This document shows, piece after piece, positions 55,348 to 64,000 of a DNA stretch of 64,000 nt. The notes beneath the pieces were generated by a model. The model saw nothing but the letters and a program-made list of their open reading frames with translations, was not told the origin of the DNA and did not search any database. A program made the position numbers and the translations under genes. The DNA comes from an uncultured Gemmatimonadaceae bacterium. Its GTDB lineage: Bacteria > Gemmatimonadota > Gemmatimonadetes > Gemmatimonadales > GWC2-71-9. Where the stretch lies: assembly GCA_964580055.1 (NCBI GenBank), contig CAZOJI010000011.1, positions 34,759 to 98,758 of the forward strand. Direction: 5' to 3'. Within the stretch, counting starts at the first letter, position 1. Every line of letters begins with the position of its first letter.

Positions 55348-55390
55348 GAACATCCAACTTCCAGCGAAGATCGCTGGAAGTTGGATGTTC
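55348..55390. terminator. Perfect 20-bp hairpin between convergent genes
   Basis: GAACATCCAACTTCCAGCGA aga TCGCTGGAAGTTGGATGTTC. No clear U-tract on either strand. Confidence 0.45.
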
Positions 55391-55404
55391 TCTTATCGAC
55401 GTAG

Positions 55405-55438
55405 CCCTACCACCCTACCGCCCTACCATCCTACCGCC
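55405..55438. repeat. Tandem octamer repeat (CCCTACCR)x4
   Basis: CCCTACCA CCCTACCG CCCTACCA TCCTACCG CC. The last unit contains the stop codon (TAG on the minus strand) of the M6 peptidase gene. On the minus strand it reads as GGTAGGG repeats. Confidence 0.8.
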
Positions 55439-57050
55439 TCAAATAAGCACGTAGGTCCCCGATGTCGTATCGTCCGTTGTTGTTGCCGATGGCGTCCAGA
55501 TACTCCTCCTCTGCGCCGGTTAGTGGTGTGTCACTGCTACCGAGGAAAGCCTGAGTGAGACTGGAAGCGGCCAATACTGCCGAGGACACGGTCATGTACG
55601 CTTCGCCACCGTTCACCCGAATCTCATGGATGGTCACGGGCGACGTCGCACCCGAATTGAGACGACTCGACGGGATCGTGGAGTTGGACAACGAGCCCGG
55701 CCCTAGCGCACCCCAGGCATCCCCTGCCTCCCCCCGATTTCCGCCTTCTTGAAAGCTTCGCTGCAACGAATTGTTGCCGTCCGCCTCGAGAAGCGCCACT
55801 TTGTACCACTGCGGGTCGTTCCACAGAAGTTGGTTGTGAGCGACCGTTGGGTCGACGTGATAGACGAGTACTCCGGAGGAAGGCAGGGCCAAGTCGAACC
55901 CCTGCTTTGCCCTGTACTCCAGGAGGAGGTACTCGTTAGTATCTGGCGACTCGCCGCTTTCCAACGGGATCTTGAGCACACGCTCGCTGGATATAACGGG
56001 TGCAAGGGTGAACTCTTGCAGGAGTACCGTCCCCACCTCTTCTATCTCTGAGAGCCAGCCAAGCTGTTCCTTTTCCCAGGCACCCATGTGCGTGGGACGT
56101 ACCCACGCAACTCTGTCATCCGATCCGCATCCCCACGCGCCGGCCGCCATTAGAGACCAGCAGCCAACCACCCAGTGGCGATGCTCCGGCTCGACTCCAC
56201 GCGACCTGTCGTAGAGGTCAGGAAGACCCAGCACATGTCCAAGCTCATGCGCAACCGTGGTGGCCTTTTGGGCTTCGACTCCTCCACAATCCGTGGCGCC
56301 CTGGATTATGTAGTCGCTTATCAAGATTGGTTCACCGCTGGGCTGGCTGTCGTTGGTCGCGTACGGGGCATGGTCTTCGGTCCATCCTTCAATCCGCGAC
56401 CTATGGGGCCAGATAGAAGGTCCTCCACACGAAGCCGCGATTTCCAGGAACTGAAAGGCCACAGCATCGACCCGGCCGTCGTCATCACCGCTGTTCGGGA
56501 TCCCGTCTGCGCCGTCGTTGTCGAACAGGCCGAAATCAATGATTGTGTCTGCTACTGCCAGAGCTTCGAGCAGATACTCCCCCGTCTTCGCGCTACCGCC
56601 CAGGCCGTATGACTCGGCAACCACCTCCTGCATGGTCAAACTCGTACGAACCCACGGGACTACTTGGCCCCTAACGCTCATGCGTCCCCCGGAGACCTCC
56701 TCGTAGAATTCGCTGAGCGTGCCGTAATCGCTGGGGCCGTCGAAGAGTGCCTTCTGCACCTGGTCTGCAGAGATGTGCGGCTCCTCGGAATCTGAAAACA
56801 GTGCCAATATCACCACGAGTGGCAGCGTGTCCGAGACCGCCTCGCCCATCGCTCTGGCTCGCTCGGAGCGTTGAATCCAACCGTGTTTCAGTTCGAAGAT
56901 GTCCGGCTGTTTCTGGATGCGCTGGTAGTACGCCTGGGGAAGTGTCCTCCCGGCTGTACGAGAGAGGGCCTGGCAACTCGCGTCCCGGGAAGCGGGCAGT
57001 GAAGCGCCGATTACCAAGAACACGCTCACCAACACCTGCCGATGTCTCAT
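55431..57050 (-). CDS. Secreted M6-family (immune inhibitor A-like) zinc metallopeptidase
   Basis: HELGHVLGLPDLYD zinc motif. Signal peptide from ATG 57050 (MRHRQVLVSVFLVIGASLPA). Confidence 0.8.
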   Translation of the reverse strand: MRHRQVLVSVFLVIGASLPASRDASCQALSRTAGRTLPQAYYQRIQKQPDIFELKHGWIQRSERARAMGEAVSDTLPLVVILALFSDSEEPHISADQVQKALFDGPSDYGTLSEFYEEVSGGRMSVRGQVVPWVRTSLTMQEVVAESYGLGGSAKTGEYLLEALAVADTIIDFGLFDNDGADGIPNSGDDDGRVDAVAFQFLEIAASCGGPSIWPHRSRIEGWTEDHAPYATNDSQPSGEPILISDYIIQGATDCGGVEAQKATTVAHELGHVLGLPDLYDRSRGVEPEHRHWVVGCWSLMAAGAWGCGSDDRVAWVRPTHMGAWEKEQLGWLSEIEEVGTVLLQEFTLAPVISSERVLKIPLESGESPDTNEYLLLEYRAKQGFDLALPSSGVLVYHVDPTVAHNQLLWNDPQWYKVALLEADGNNSLQRSFQEGGNRGEAGDAWGALGPGSLSNSTIPSSRLNSGATSPVTIHEIRVNGGEAYMTVSSAVLAASSLTQAFLGSSDTPLTGAEEEYLDAIGNNNGRYDIGDLRAYLRR

Positions 57051-57493
57051 CTGTGCCTCCGGTGGGCGTCGAGATCGCTGTCCGCAACCCGCATCCACTC
57101 GATTTCATAATCTTCCACCGACGATACGAGTTCGTTATTGCCGTCGGCGACCTGAATGACCGTTCCGGAAGGAAGGTCCGCCACATCCTTGACGCGGAGG
57201 AAGAATATTATTGGGCCGGGGCCGTCGAGAACCACCACTACCCGCGTTGTGGTTCCGTCGCTACGGTGGAATACCTGTCCCTGGTCACATTTTATGTACT
57301 CTGGTGAAGTCAGTCCGGTGAGTTCCAATACCGCAGCAGCCCCGTCAGGCGTGCCTCTTGAAGATGTGACGGTAGCGTGCAACTCTCCTGGACCGCTCGG
57401 GCCCGAGAGGCCCAGGAAATCGCACGCGGCGAACGCGATGGAGAGGGCCAGTGCTACTGCCGCGCTGGCGGTTATCCGTGCATTTCTATTCAC
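57047..57493 (-). CDS. Small putative lipoprotein, translationally coupled to the M6 peptidase
   Basis: Lipobox-like LSIAFAAC. Its stop overlaps the peptidase start by 4 nt. Confidence 0.5.
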   Translation of the reverse strand: MNRNARITASAAVALALSIAFAACDFLGLSGPSGPGELHATVTSSRGTPDGAAAVLELTGLTSPEYIKCDQGQVFHRSDGTTTRVVVVLDGPGPIIFFLRVKDVADLPSGTVIQVADGNNELVSSVEDYEIEWMRVADSDLDAHRRHR

Positions 57494-57643
57494 GGCAATA
57501 TCCCCAATTGGAGTTTCTCATCGTTGAATGTATGAGGGATCGTTCTTCTGACACACATATGTCTCGAGGCTCGGCGGGAAAGGGAATGCTCCGTGGAGGG
57601 GGTAGGCGTGTTCTGCTCATTCCCTCCACGGACTGAATAGAGG

Positions 57644-59437
57644 CTACTCGGTGCCTTCGTGCACCACTCTGCCCCCGACAATGGTATAGAGCACGTTCGC
57701 ACCCAGGAGACTGGACGGATCACTGTTTCCTGCTTCAATGAGATCGGTATCAAAGACCGCGATGTCCGCGAGCATTCCCTCACTGATGGTTCCCTTGCTG
57801 CCTTCTTCGAAAGTTGCCCAAGCCGGCGCCTTGGTGTAGGCCTCGATCGCCTCTTCAATGGAGAGTCGCTGTTCGGGGAACCAACCTTCGGCGGGCTCAC
57901 CCTCGAGCGTTTGCCTGGTGACGGCGGCGTAGAGGCCGTACACGGGACTCAAGTAATAGCGTGCTGCGTTCGTGCCGGGGCTGTCGCTCCCGAAGATCAG
58001 CACTGCGCCTGCATCCTTGAGATCGCGGAATGCATACGCCGACTGCGAGCGGTCGTGTCCAATCCTCTCTTCCATCCACCGCATGTCGTCAGTCACGTGG
58101 TAAGGGTTGATTTCGGCAACCAAGTTGAGTTCCCCGAAGCGCGGCATGTCGGAGGGGTGCACAACCTGCGCGTGTATCACTCGCCACCGGTGATCCGAGT
58201 CGACCATGTCATGCTCATGTAAAACCTTGTCGTATACGTCGAGCAAAATGCGATTGCCCAACGTGCCTATGGCATGCACGTGAGGCGGCACTCTCGTGGG
58301 TACGGCGGCTTCCAACAGTCGCTCGAACGCTCCCGGCGGGAAGTCTGTGTAGTGGTCGTCTACATCCATAGACAACGCGGCGCCACGGCGTCCTTCCGGC
58401 TTCATTATCTCACGCACCAGCCCCTTGTTGTTGGGCTGGTGGTCGTATGGTTCGAAGAACATCGCTCCGCTGCTTCCCATGATGCCGTCTACCCATGCCT
58501 TGAGGCCAATAAACTTGATCCAATCGTCCCCAATGCCTTCGGATATGCCGAGCCCCGCTATGTGGTCCACCTGGTCGAGCATGGGGCGGAGCTGGATGCG
58601 GCAGGTGAGGTCCCCGCGGCGCTGAACCTCTCGATAGACCATTACCTGCGGTGCTCTCGTCAGGTCCTGAATAGTGGTCACACCGACTTCGCGCGCTCTT
58701 TCCAGCACCGCCATGAAGTTTGCCAGCCTGGTGTCGAACGGCAGCGGCGGTATCACGCGACGCACGAGATCCACGGCGGAGCCGGTCAGGATGCCTGTCG
58801 GACGGCCAGACGAGTCTTTCTCTATCGTGCCGCCTCGAGGGGAGCGAGTTCTCTCATCGATACCGGCCAGCTCCAGCGCGCGGCTGTTGGCGAGGTAGAC
58901 CTCCCTGTCATGTCTGTTGACGAGCACGGGATGGTTGGGTGTGGCATCGTCGATCATGTCGCGATGAGGTTTGAATCGCTCCCGCTGAGCTTCTCCTTCC
59001 TGCGCTCCGGCGGATCCCATGGCCCACAGCTCGTAGGCTCCCCAGTCCCCGCGCGTTATCCAACTGCCGTCAGGAAGCCGGCTGGCGGCAGCCGCTATTC
59101 GTTCGGCAAAGGCGTCGGCTTCATGGACGTCGAGGAGATTCGCCCCTGTCAACAACGCACCAGTGGCGTCGATGTGCACGTGAGCGTCGTTGAACCCGGG
59201 AAGCGCAAATGCGCCCTCCAGGTCAATCCTGCGGGTGTTCGATCCAGCGAAGCGTCCGGCCTCTCCATTGCTTCCGACGGCAATGATCTCGTCGCCCTTA
59301 ATAGCTATGGCTTCGGCCCAGGGTTGCTGCTGGTCCAGAGTGTAGACTCGCCCGTTGACGAGCACCAGGTCCGCGGCACCAGGACCGGAACACGCTGTCG
59401 CTCCAAGGAAAACAGCCATCAAAAAGAACTGCTTCAT
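57644..59437 (-). CDS. Secreted amidohydrolase family (Amidohydro_3/YtcJ-like) metal-dependent hydrolase
   Basis: Signal/lipobox MKQFFLMAVFLGATACSG. LPGFNDAHVHID metal-binding motif. Confidence 0.8.
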   Translation of the reverse strand: MKQFFLMAVFLGATACSGPGAADLVLVNGRVYTLDQQQPWAEAIAIKGDEIIAVGSNGEAGRFAGSNTRRIDLEGAFALPGFNDAHVHIDATGALLTGANLLDVHEADAFAERIAAAASRLPDGSWITRGDWGAYELWAMGSAGAQEGEAQRERFKPHRDMIDDATPNHPVLVNRHDREVYLANSRALELAGIDERTRSPRGGTIEKDSSGRPTGILTGSAVDLVRRVIPPLPFDTRLANFMAVLERAREVGVTTIQDLTRAPQVMVYREVQRRGDLTCRIQLRPMLDQVDHIAGLGISEGIGDDWIKFIGLKAWVDGIMGSSGAMFFEPYDHQPNNKGLVREIMKPEGRRGAALSMDVDDHYTDFPPGAFERLLEAAVPTRVPPHVHAIGTLGNRILLDVYDKVLHEHDMVDSDHRWRVIHAQVVHPSDMPRFGELNLVAEINPYHVTDDMRWMEERIGHDRSQSAYAFRDLKDAGAVLIFGSDSPGTNAARYYLSPVYGLYAAVTRQTLEGEPAEGWFPEQRLSIEEAIEAYTKAPAWATFEEGSKGTISEGMLADIAVFDTDLIEAGNSDPSSLLGANVLYTIVGGRVVHEGTE

Positions 59438-59652
59438 TGCGAAACCTCCAAGACGGGAATTTGGGTGAAAGATATTGGTGCGACCTGTGAGCGGCTAGGA
59501 GGTTGTGCGGGGAACGCGGAGTCGGGCGCAGGGAGCAGGGACGATAGAGTAGTAGGTAACGAACGGAGAGCAGCGAGAGCAATGAAGCCTTCGCTGCTTT
59601 CTGCCCGAACCGAAGCCGGTTCTACCCGATTGTCCCCGCTTCCCGCTCCCTG

Positions 59653-62145
59653 TTATCGCTCTCTATGTCCGATCGGGCTTCCCTGTGGCGCGTCAGGTGC
59701 CTCACTGCGCTCCAACAGGCCTTCGGGCCGCTCCTGCCACCGCCTGATGTCTTCCAGAGCCAGCTGCTGGTGTGGATCTCTCTCTTGCGCCTCGAGCCAC
59801 GCTGCCAGATCCGATACTGCTGCATCCAGTATTGCTCTCACCTGAGGGGTGTTGCGTGCGCTGCCTGCCTGCTCGATGATCTTGTCAAGCGCGACACGCT
59901 GAATCGTACGCTGCACCGAGGCATGGTAGGAGTTCGACGGGGGTTCGCTTCGCCACGTGGCGTCCAATACTCGATCCACCACCAATTCCAAAGACGGATT
60001 TTCCGTATCCCGACTGTGGTACTCTACGAGCCTGGCCATTCTCGCCCGCATGAATATCAATCCAAGGCTCAGTTCGGCTGCACTCGCCGCAGCGCCTAGC
60101 GGATCGAACGTAACTCCGGTGCGTTTTTCGAAGGTCTCTCCTGACGCCATACCAAAGGCCCGCGGGGGGATCATCCGGATTATCCGTTCCGGGATCGCCA
60201 AGGCCTCCGGAGTAACCGTCTCGAGGACTGCATCGAGGGCGTCGAGTTGCCGTTCCGGCGGGACGATCGTGATCGGCGTGCGGCCATCACCGCGCAAAGC
60301 GTAGACGTAGTATGCGCCTCCGATGCTCTTGGCGGCCGACTCGACCTGGTAGCGATGGTGCAGGTAGAGCGGCACGAGCACCTCTTCGAGCGCGGCCATC
60401 GGATCGCCCTCTCTTATGACATTCTCGGAGAAATCCTCGAGACCTATACGCCGTACCTCCATCTCATGCCTCAACCACTGTATGGGATCTTCCCCGTTGT
60501 CCCACTGAGAGGTGAGTGGGTGAGCACCGTCCGGCGCGGCATCTCGATCTGCCACGAACAGCATACCTCTGCTCTGAGCTTCCTGGATGATCTCTTCCAA
60601 AGCGGCTTCCTCGTCTGTTCCCGGCGGGAAGTCTCTGTAGGCCCAGTTGACCACGAACTTGTCGAATTCGCCGATCCCGACGTCGTAGGCGTCGGATAGA
60701 TCGAGTTCTCCATCGCCGGTTATGCGCACCAGCGGTGCAGGGTAGTCCATGACGCTCGCTCGACCCATGAAGGTGCTCGCGGCGTAATTGTGTGCGTAGC
60801 CCAAAGTATGCCCTATCTCGTGTGCGGATAGCTGTCTCACACGCGCCAGAGCCATTTCTACCGCGTCACTGTTTTCGGACACCTGGGCCAAGTAGTCGAA
60901 GCTGGGTGCGGTATCGAACTCTCCGGGATTGTCGCCGGAGCCAAACGGCGGCACCATTCCGGCAGCCAGCAAGAAATCCTGACGCAGCCGCAGGCTGCCG
61001 AGGTTCACGTTCCCTTTGATGATTTCGCCAGTGCGAGGGTCGGTGACACTCGCACCATATGACCATCCCCTGGTGGAACGGTGAGTCCAGTGGATCATGT
61101 TGTACCGTAGGTCCTGCGGGTCCGCTCCATCGGGTAGCACCTCAACTCTGAACCCATCGATGAAACCGGCTGCCTCGAAAGCCTCGTTCCACCAGTTTCC
61201 GCCCTCTATCAGCGCTGACCGGATCGGTTCCGGAGTACCTGGGTCGACATAGTATACGATTGGTTCTACCGGGCGTGACATCTCCGCGTTGGGGTTCCGC
61301 TTCTTTATCCGGTGCCGTCTGATCCACTGGACTGCCAGAGGCTCGTCGATTGCGGTCGCGTAGTCATTGAATGTGATGTTACCGGAACTCACACGGGAGT
61401 CGGCTTTGCGCGGCGTATAGTCATCATCGGGTAACTGCACCAGCGAATGGTGGACGCGCAGAGTCACGGCGTCGCCGCTGGCCGCGGCGCTTCTAACGAG
61501 CGGCCCGGGGGAGTCACTCGTGAACGTCAGGGAAGCTTCGATCTCCGTGTTCAACGGGAAGGCTTTCATGCGCGGGAGGTAGAAGACGCTCCGCGAACGG
61601 TCGAGACTGTAGTCGCCTTGTCCAGATCGCTTGAGTTGTTGGACAATGCCGTGGGCGTCACGCATGAAGAAATCGGTGGCGTCGACAAGGACACGCGAAT
61701 TGGTTTGCGCGACAATCGAGAATCCCCAATGAGTCGACGGTGCGAACGCGTCCTCGACTGCGCGCACCTCGTTTGGGTCGGAACTGCGAGCTCGATAACG
61801 ATAGTTTGGTTCGATCAAGAGCACGGTGGGTCCAACTCTATGTGCCTTCATCACGTAAGTGCCACCTGTCTGGCCGCGGTCGAGTCCCACGGGGTTGCTG
61901 CCGAGGCCACTGGGAAGGGATACTGCATAGAGGAATTCGACATCCCACTTGTCGATTTCCAGGTACATCTTTCCGGTGTTCTCGTCCCAGAACAGATCGA
62001 AATAACCTTCCCAATGGGTCATTCCCTCTGTCTTGTCTTCGATGGTGGGGATTTGGTCGTCTCCCTGAGAGGCGGCCGTAGCCGGGGCCACCAGGAACGA
62101 CAGAATCAACAACAGTGACCAGGGGCGCACTCTGTGATGATGCAT
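59653..62145 (-). CDS. Large secreted zinc metalloprotease (HExxH; DUF4953/DUF5117-like)
   Basis: Signal peptide. HEIGHTLGYAHNY motif. 830 aa. Confidence 0.75.
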   Translation of the reverse strand: MHHHRVRPWSLLLILSFLVAPATAASQGDDQIPTIEDKTEGMTHWEGYFDLFWDENTGKMYLEIDKWDVEFLYAVSLPSGLGSNPVGLDRGQTGGTYVMKAHRVGPTVLLIEPNYRYRARSSDPNEVRAVEDAFAPSTHWGFSIVAQTNSRVLVDATDFFMRDAHGIVQQLKRSGQGDYSLDRSRSVFYLPRMKAFPLNTEIEASLTFTSDSPGPLVRSAAASGDAVTLRVHHSLVQLPDDDYTPRKADSRVSSGNITFNDYATAIDEPLAVQWIRRHRIKKRNPNAEMSRPVEPIVYYVDPGTPEPIRSALIEGGNWWNEAFEAAGFIDGFRVEVLPDGADPQDLRYNMIHWTHRSTRGWSYGASVTDPRTGEIIKGNVNLGSLRLRQDFLLAAGMVPPFGSGDNPGEFDTAPSFDYLAQVSENSDAVEMALARVRQLSAHEIGHTLGYAHNYAASTFMGRASVMDYPAPLVRITGDGELDLSDAYDVGIGEFDKFVVNWAYRDFPPGTDEEAALEEIIQEAQSRGMLFVADRDAAPDGAHPLTSQWDNGEDPIQWLRHEMEVRRIGLEDFSENVIREGDPMAALEEVLVPLYLHHRYQVESAAKSIGGAYYVYALRGDGRTPITIVPPERQLDALDAVLETVTPEALAIPERIIRMIPPRAFGMASGETFEKRTGVTFDPLGAAASAAELSLGLIFMRARMARLVEYHSRDTENPSLELVVDRVLDATWRSEPPSNSYHASVQRTIQRVALDKIIEQAGSARNTPQVRAILDAAVSDLAAWLEAQERDPHQQLALEDIRRWQERPEGLLERSEAPDAPQGSPIGHRER

Positions 62146-62313
62146 TGGTCCTCCAGGAACGTTTTCGGTGGAGATAGTCGTGCGAAGTGAATAGACAGTG
62201 ACGGAACGTCGATGGCAACCGTATCAGGGAGTTTGGTTGACAAATGCGTAGATTACCGTTCGTGCTTCACACGAGCCAACTCGTAGCCGTACAGATGCCT
62301 ACCGGCTCGCCCG

Positions 62314-63210
62314 TTAGATCTGAGGAGGGTTATCGAGGGTGTAGATCGTCTTCTCGTCGCTTATCGCTCGGCGAATATGGGCAGAGGTGGAGAACAGCCC
62401 AACCAATGATTCTCCGTCCAACATCCGAAGTCCGCCATTAGTTCCTTCGCGCAAAATCTGGTCAACCGACTCGGCACTTGGGACCGTGCTCAAGCCGCGC
62501 GCGGAGGCCAGCAGGAAACCCCAAGGGTTGCTGAAGCTGGGCACGAACGAAGCGTACGGCCTAATCTCGTCGAACACGGTGCTCAAGGTGTTTGCCACGC
62601 GTGCGAACGTGGATATTTCGTGCGGTGCCACGGAACCTGCCTGAAGCGCGAACACACCACCTGGCCTCAAGACTCGCTGCACCTGCTTGAAGTACTCCTG
62701 GGTGAAAAGCTGATACGAAGGGCCTTCTTCCAGCGGCTCGGATAGGTCGGAGATCACCACGTCGAAGCGTTCGTCAGTTGTGTCGAGCCATTCCGTCGCG
62801 TCACATGCCAGCACCTCTGCTCTGGGATCGTCAAAGGATCCCTGGTGCATCTCGGGAAGATGCCGCTTGCAGGCTGCTATGACCTCTTTGTCCAGATCGA
62901 TCATGAGCACTCGCCTCACGGATCTCCAACGAAGCAGCTCACGGAGAGTCGCACCCTCGCCACCACCCAGAACAGCCACTCGTTCCGGTGAGCGATGGAA
63001 GATCAATGCAGGATGCACAAGTGGTTCGTGGTAGAGAAACTCGTCCGCGACACACGACTGCCAATTCCCGTCGAGTACCAGCGCCTTTCCGTACGTCTTC
63101 GTCTCTATTATGGCGAGGTCCTGAAACTCAGTAGTGGTCCTCAGCAGCACATTCGACACCGCATATCGATATGAGCTATGCGGTTGCCCTTCATCGGTCA
63201 GCCAGAGCAT
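62314..63210 (-). CDS. speE: Spermidine synthase (polyamine aminopropyltransferase)
   Basis: Has LVLDGNWQSCVADEFLYHEPLVHPA, VLGGGEGATLRE and DLSEP motifs. Confidence 0.85.
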   Translation of the reverse strand: MLWLTDEGQPHSSYRYAVSNVLLRTTTEFQDLAIIETKTYGKALVLDGNWQSCVADEFLYHEPLVHPALIFHRSPERVAVLGGGEGATLRELLRWRSVRRVLMIDLDKEVIAACKRHLPEMHQGSFDDPRAEVLACDATEWLDTTDERFDVVISDLSEPLEEGPSYQLFTQEYFKQVQRVLRPGGVFALQAGSVAPHEISTFARVANTLSTVFDEIRPYASFVPSFSNPWGFLLASARGLSTVPSAESVDQILREGTNGGLRMLDGESLVGLFSTSAHIRRAISDEKTIYTLDNPPQI

Positions 63211-63243
63211 GATTCTTGAGTTGCGCCGGAGAGAATCTTGTGT

Positions 63244-63648
63244 TTAACCGTCGACCGGCGCTGCGGCACCAACCTGCTTGGGCACGAACTCGGTAGTGGC
63301 AGGATCGAGCTTTGAACCGCGTTCGACCCGCTCAATCGAGTGATGCCCGGCAGAGAGCGCCTCGATCAAATAGCTACAAGCCTGTTCTGGGACCGCACGG
63401 TGACCGCATGTGAAAACATCGATCGCGGCGTAACCATGTTCGGGCCAGGTGTGGATGGATATGTGCGACTCGGCCAGAATCCCAAGGGAGGTGACCCCCT
63501 GGGGACTGAAACGTCTCGACACCTGTTGTAGCAACGTTGCCCTCGCGTGCGTCACAGCATCGCGAAGCGCATCGTCGATCTGGTCTTGGTCGTCTAGAAT
63601 ATCCGGCGGACAGTCGTATAGTTCGAGCAGACAAGTGATTCCGGACAC
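63244..63648 (-). CDS. speH: S-adenosylmethionine decarboxylase proenzyme (small bacterial/archaeal type)
   Basis: AESHISIHTWPEHGYAAIDVFTCG self-processing region. GTG 63648 gives the typical length. Track ORF 63244..63765 has a longer, unsupported N-terminus. Confidence 0.8.
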   Translation of the reverse strand: MSGITCLLELYDCPPDILDDQDQIDDALRDAVTHARATLLQQVSRRFSPQGVTSLGILAESHISIHTWPEHGYAAIDVFTCGHRAVPEQACSYLIEALSAGHHSIERVERGSKLDPATTEFVPKQVGAAAPVDG

Positions 63649-63856
63649 AGACCCAACCCCCTTTTCGAGCTGAAAGTCTGCGCGACAAAGCCGCGCCTGA
63701 ACAGCGTGCATGGCGCACGAAGCATGACATTCTACTTGCGCAAGCGCCGAAGGACAAGGGGGCAAGCTTCGATTTCAAAGATCTGGCGAGATGCTGCGTT
63801 CGAGTGTATGGTTGCCGGAGTTCGCCGGCATGTGGAAACACCACTGGAGATCCCAA

Positions 63857-64000
63857 ATGTTGAGTGCCAATCGGATTCGAACGGCCTTTGCGTTGGTTGC
63901 GTTGATTGCCGCATCCAACTGACTCGAGGCGCAAGATGCTTTCACCCTGGAGCAGATTCTGAGCTATTCGTTTCCCTCGCACCTAATAGCGGCGCCAGCG
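63857..64000 (+). pseudogene. 5' end of a secreted (S9-peptidase-like?) gene interrupted by an in-frame TGA at 63920; runs off the window
   Basis: ATG 63857 encodes MLSANRIRTAFALVALIAASN, followed by TGA. The same frame then continues LEAQDAFTLEQILSYSFPSHLIAAPA with no canonical start after the stop. Confidence 0.3.

Noticed and set aside
55405-55438. Octamer repeat array as a CRISPR or minisatellite locus.
   Set aside because: The units are contiguous 8-mers without spacers and there are only about four copies. No cas genes are present.
63920-63922. In-frame TGA read as selenocysteine or as evidence of stop-codon reassignment.
   Set aside because: TGA terminates many well-supported genes in this window (aprA, dsrK, dsrJ, hydB and others). 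The position, at the end of a signal peptide, has no redox context. I see no obvious SECIS-like hairpin in the little sequence available.

Overview
GC-rich bacterial chromosomal segment. I found no rRNA, tRNA, CRISPR array, transposase or integrase. About 1-32.7 kb is an almost entirely plus-strand supercluster for dissimilatory sulfur and energy metabolism. In order it holds: aprA (5' end off-window), two extra small genes (a zinc-ribbon protein and a CxxCxxCC/YkgJ-like protein), qmoABC, sat, an orphan ORF, dsrC, a globin-like-domain protein in the dsrT position, dsrMKJOP, dsrABD, a dsrL-like NAD(P)H oxidoreductase and dsrN. It continues with a TauE/SafE permease plus a small membrane partner, sirC, an unusual ferrochelatase-like/glutamyl-tRNA-reductase-like fusion and a secreted multiheme cytochrome c. 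A short minus-strand block follows (a CGGC-domain protein and two tandem sensor-domain paralogs). Then come a threonine-synthase-family enzyme and a four-gene group-3b (sulfhydrogenase-type) [NiFe] hydrogenase. The rest of the window is housekeeping or accessory. It has many secreted peptidases (two S9, S13/PBP4, S10, M20, M6, a large HExxH metalloprotease, an amidohydrolase) and a two-gene 2-oxoacid:ferredoxin oxidoreductase with unusual domain fusions. It also has an archaeal-type HMG-CoA synthase/thiolase/DUF35 trio, a PPi-type phosphofructokinase coupled to a COG2403-like P-loop protein, and speE/speH. The points I consider most worth follow-up: (1) the complete Sat-Apr-Qmo-Dsr pathway lies in one collinear array; (2) two genes are inserted and translationally coupled between aprA and qmoA; (3) dsrD and a dsrL-like gene co-occur, with oppositely charged DsrA and DsrL tails; (4) the chelatase-GluTR fusion sits next to sirC and dsrN; (5) a TauE permease is fused into the dsr operon; (6) dsrN lacks any canonical start codon. 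All functional calls come from motif recognition by eye, and no database search was run. Taxonomy cannot be assigned from this window alone.
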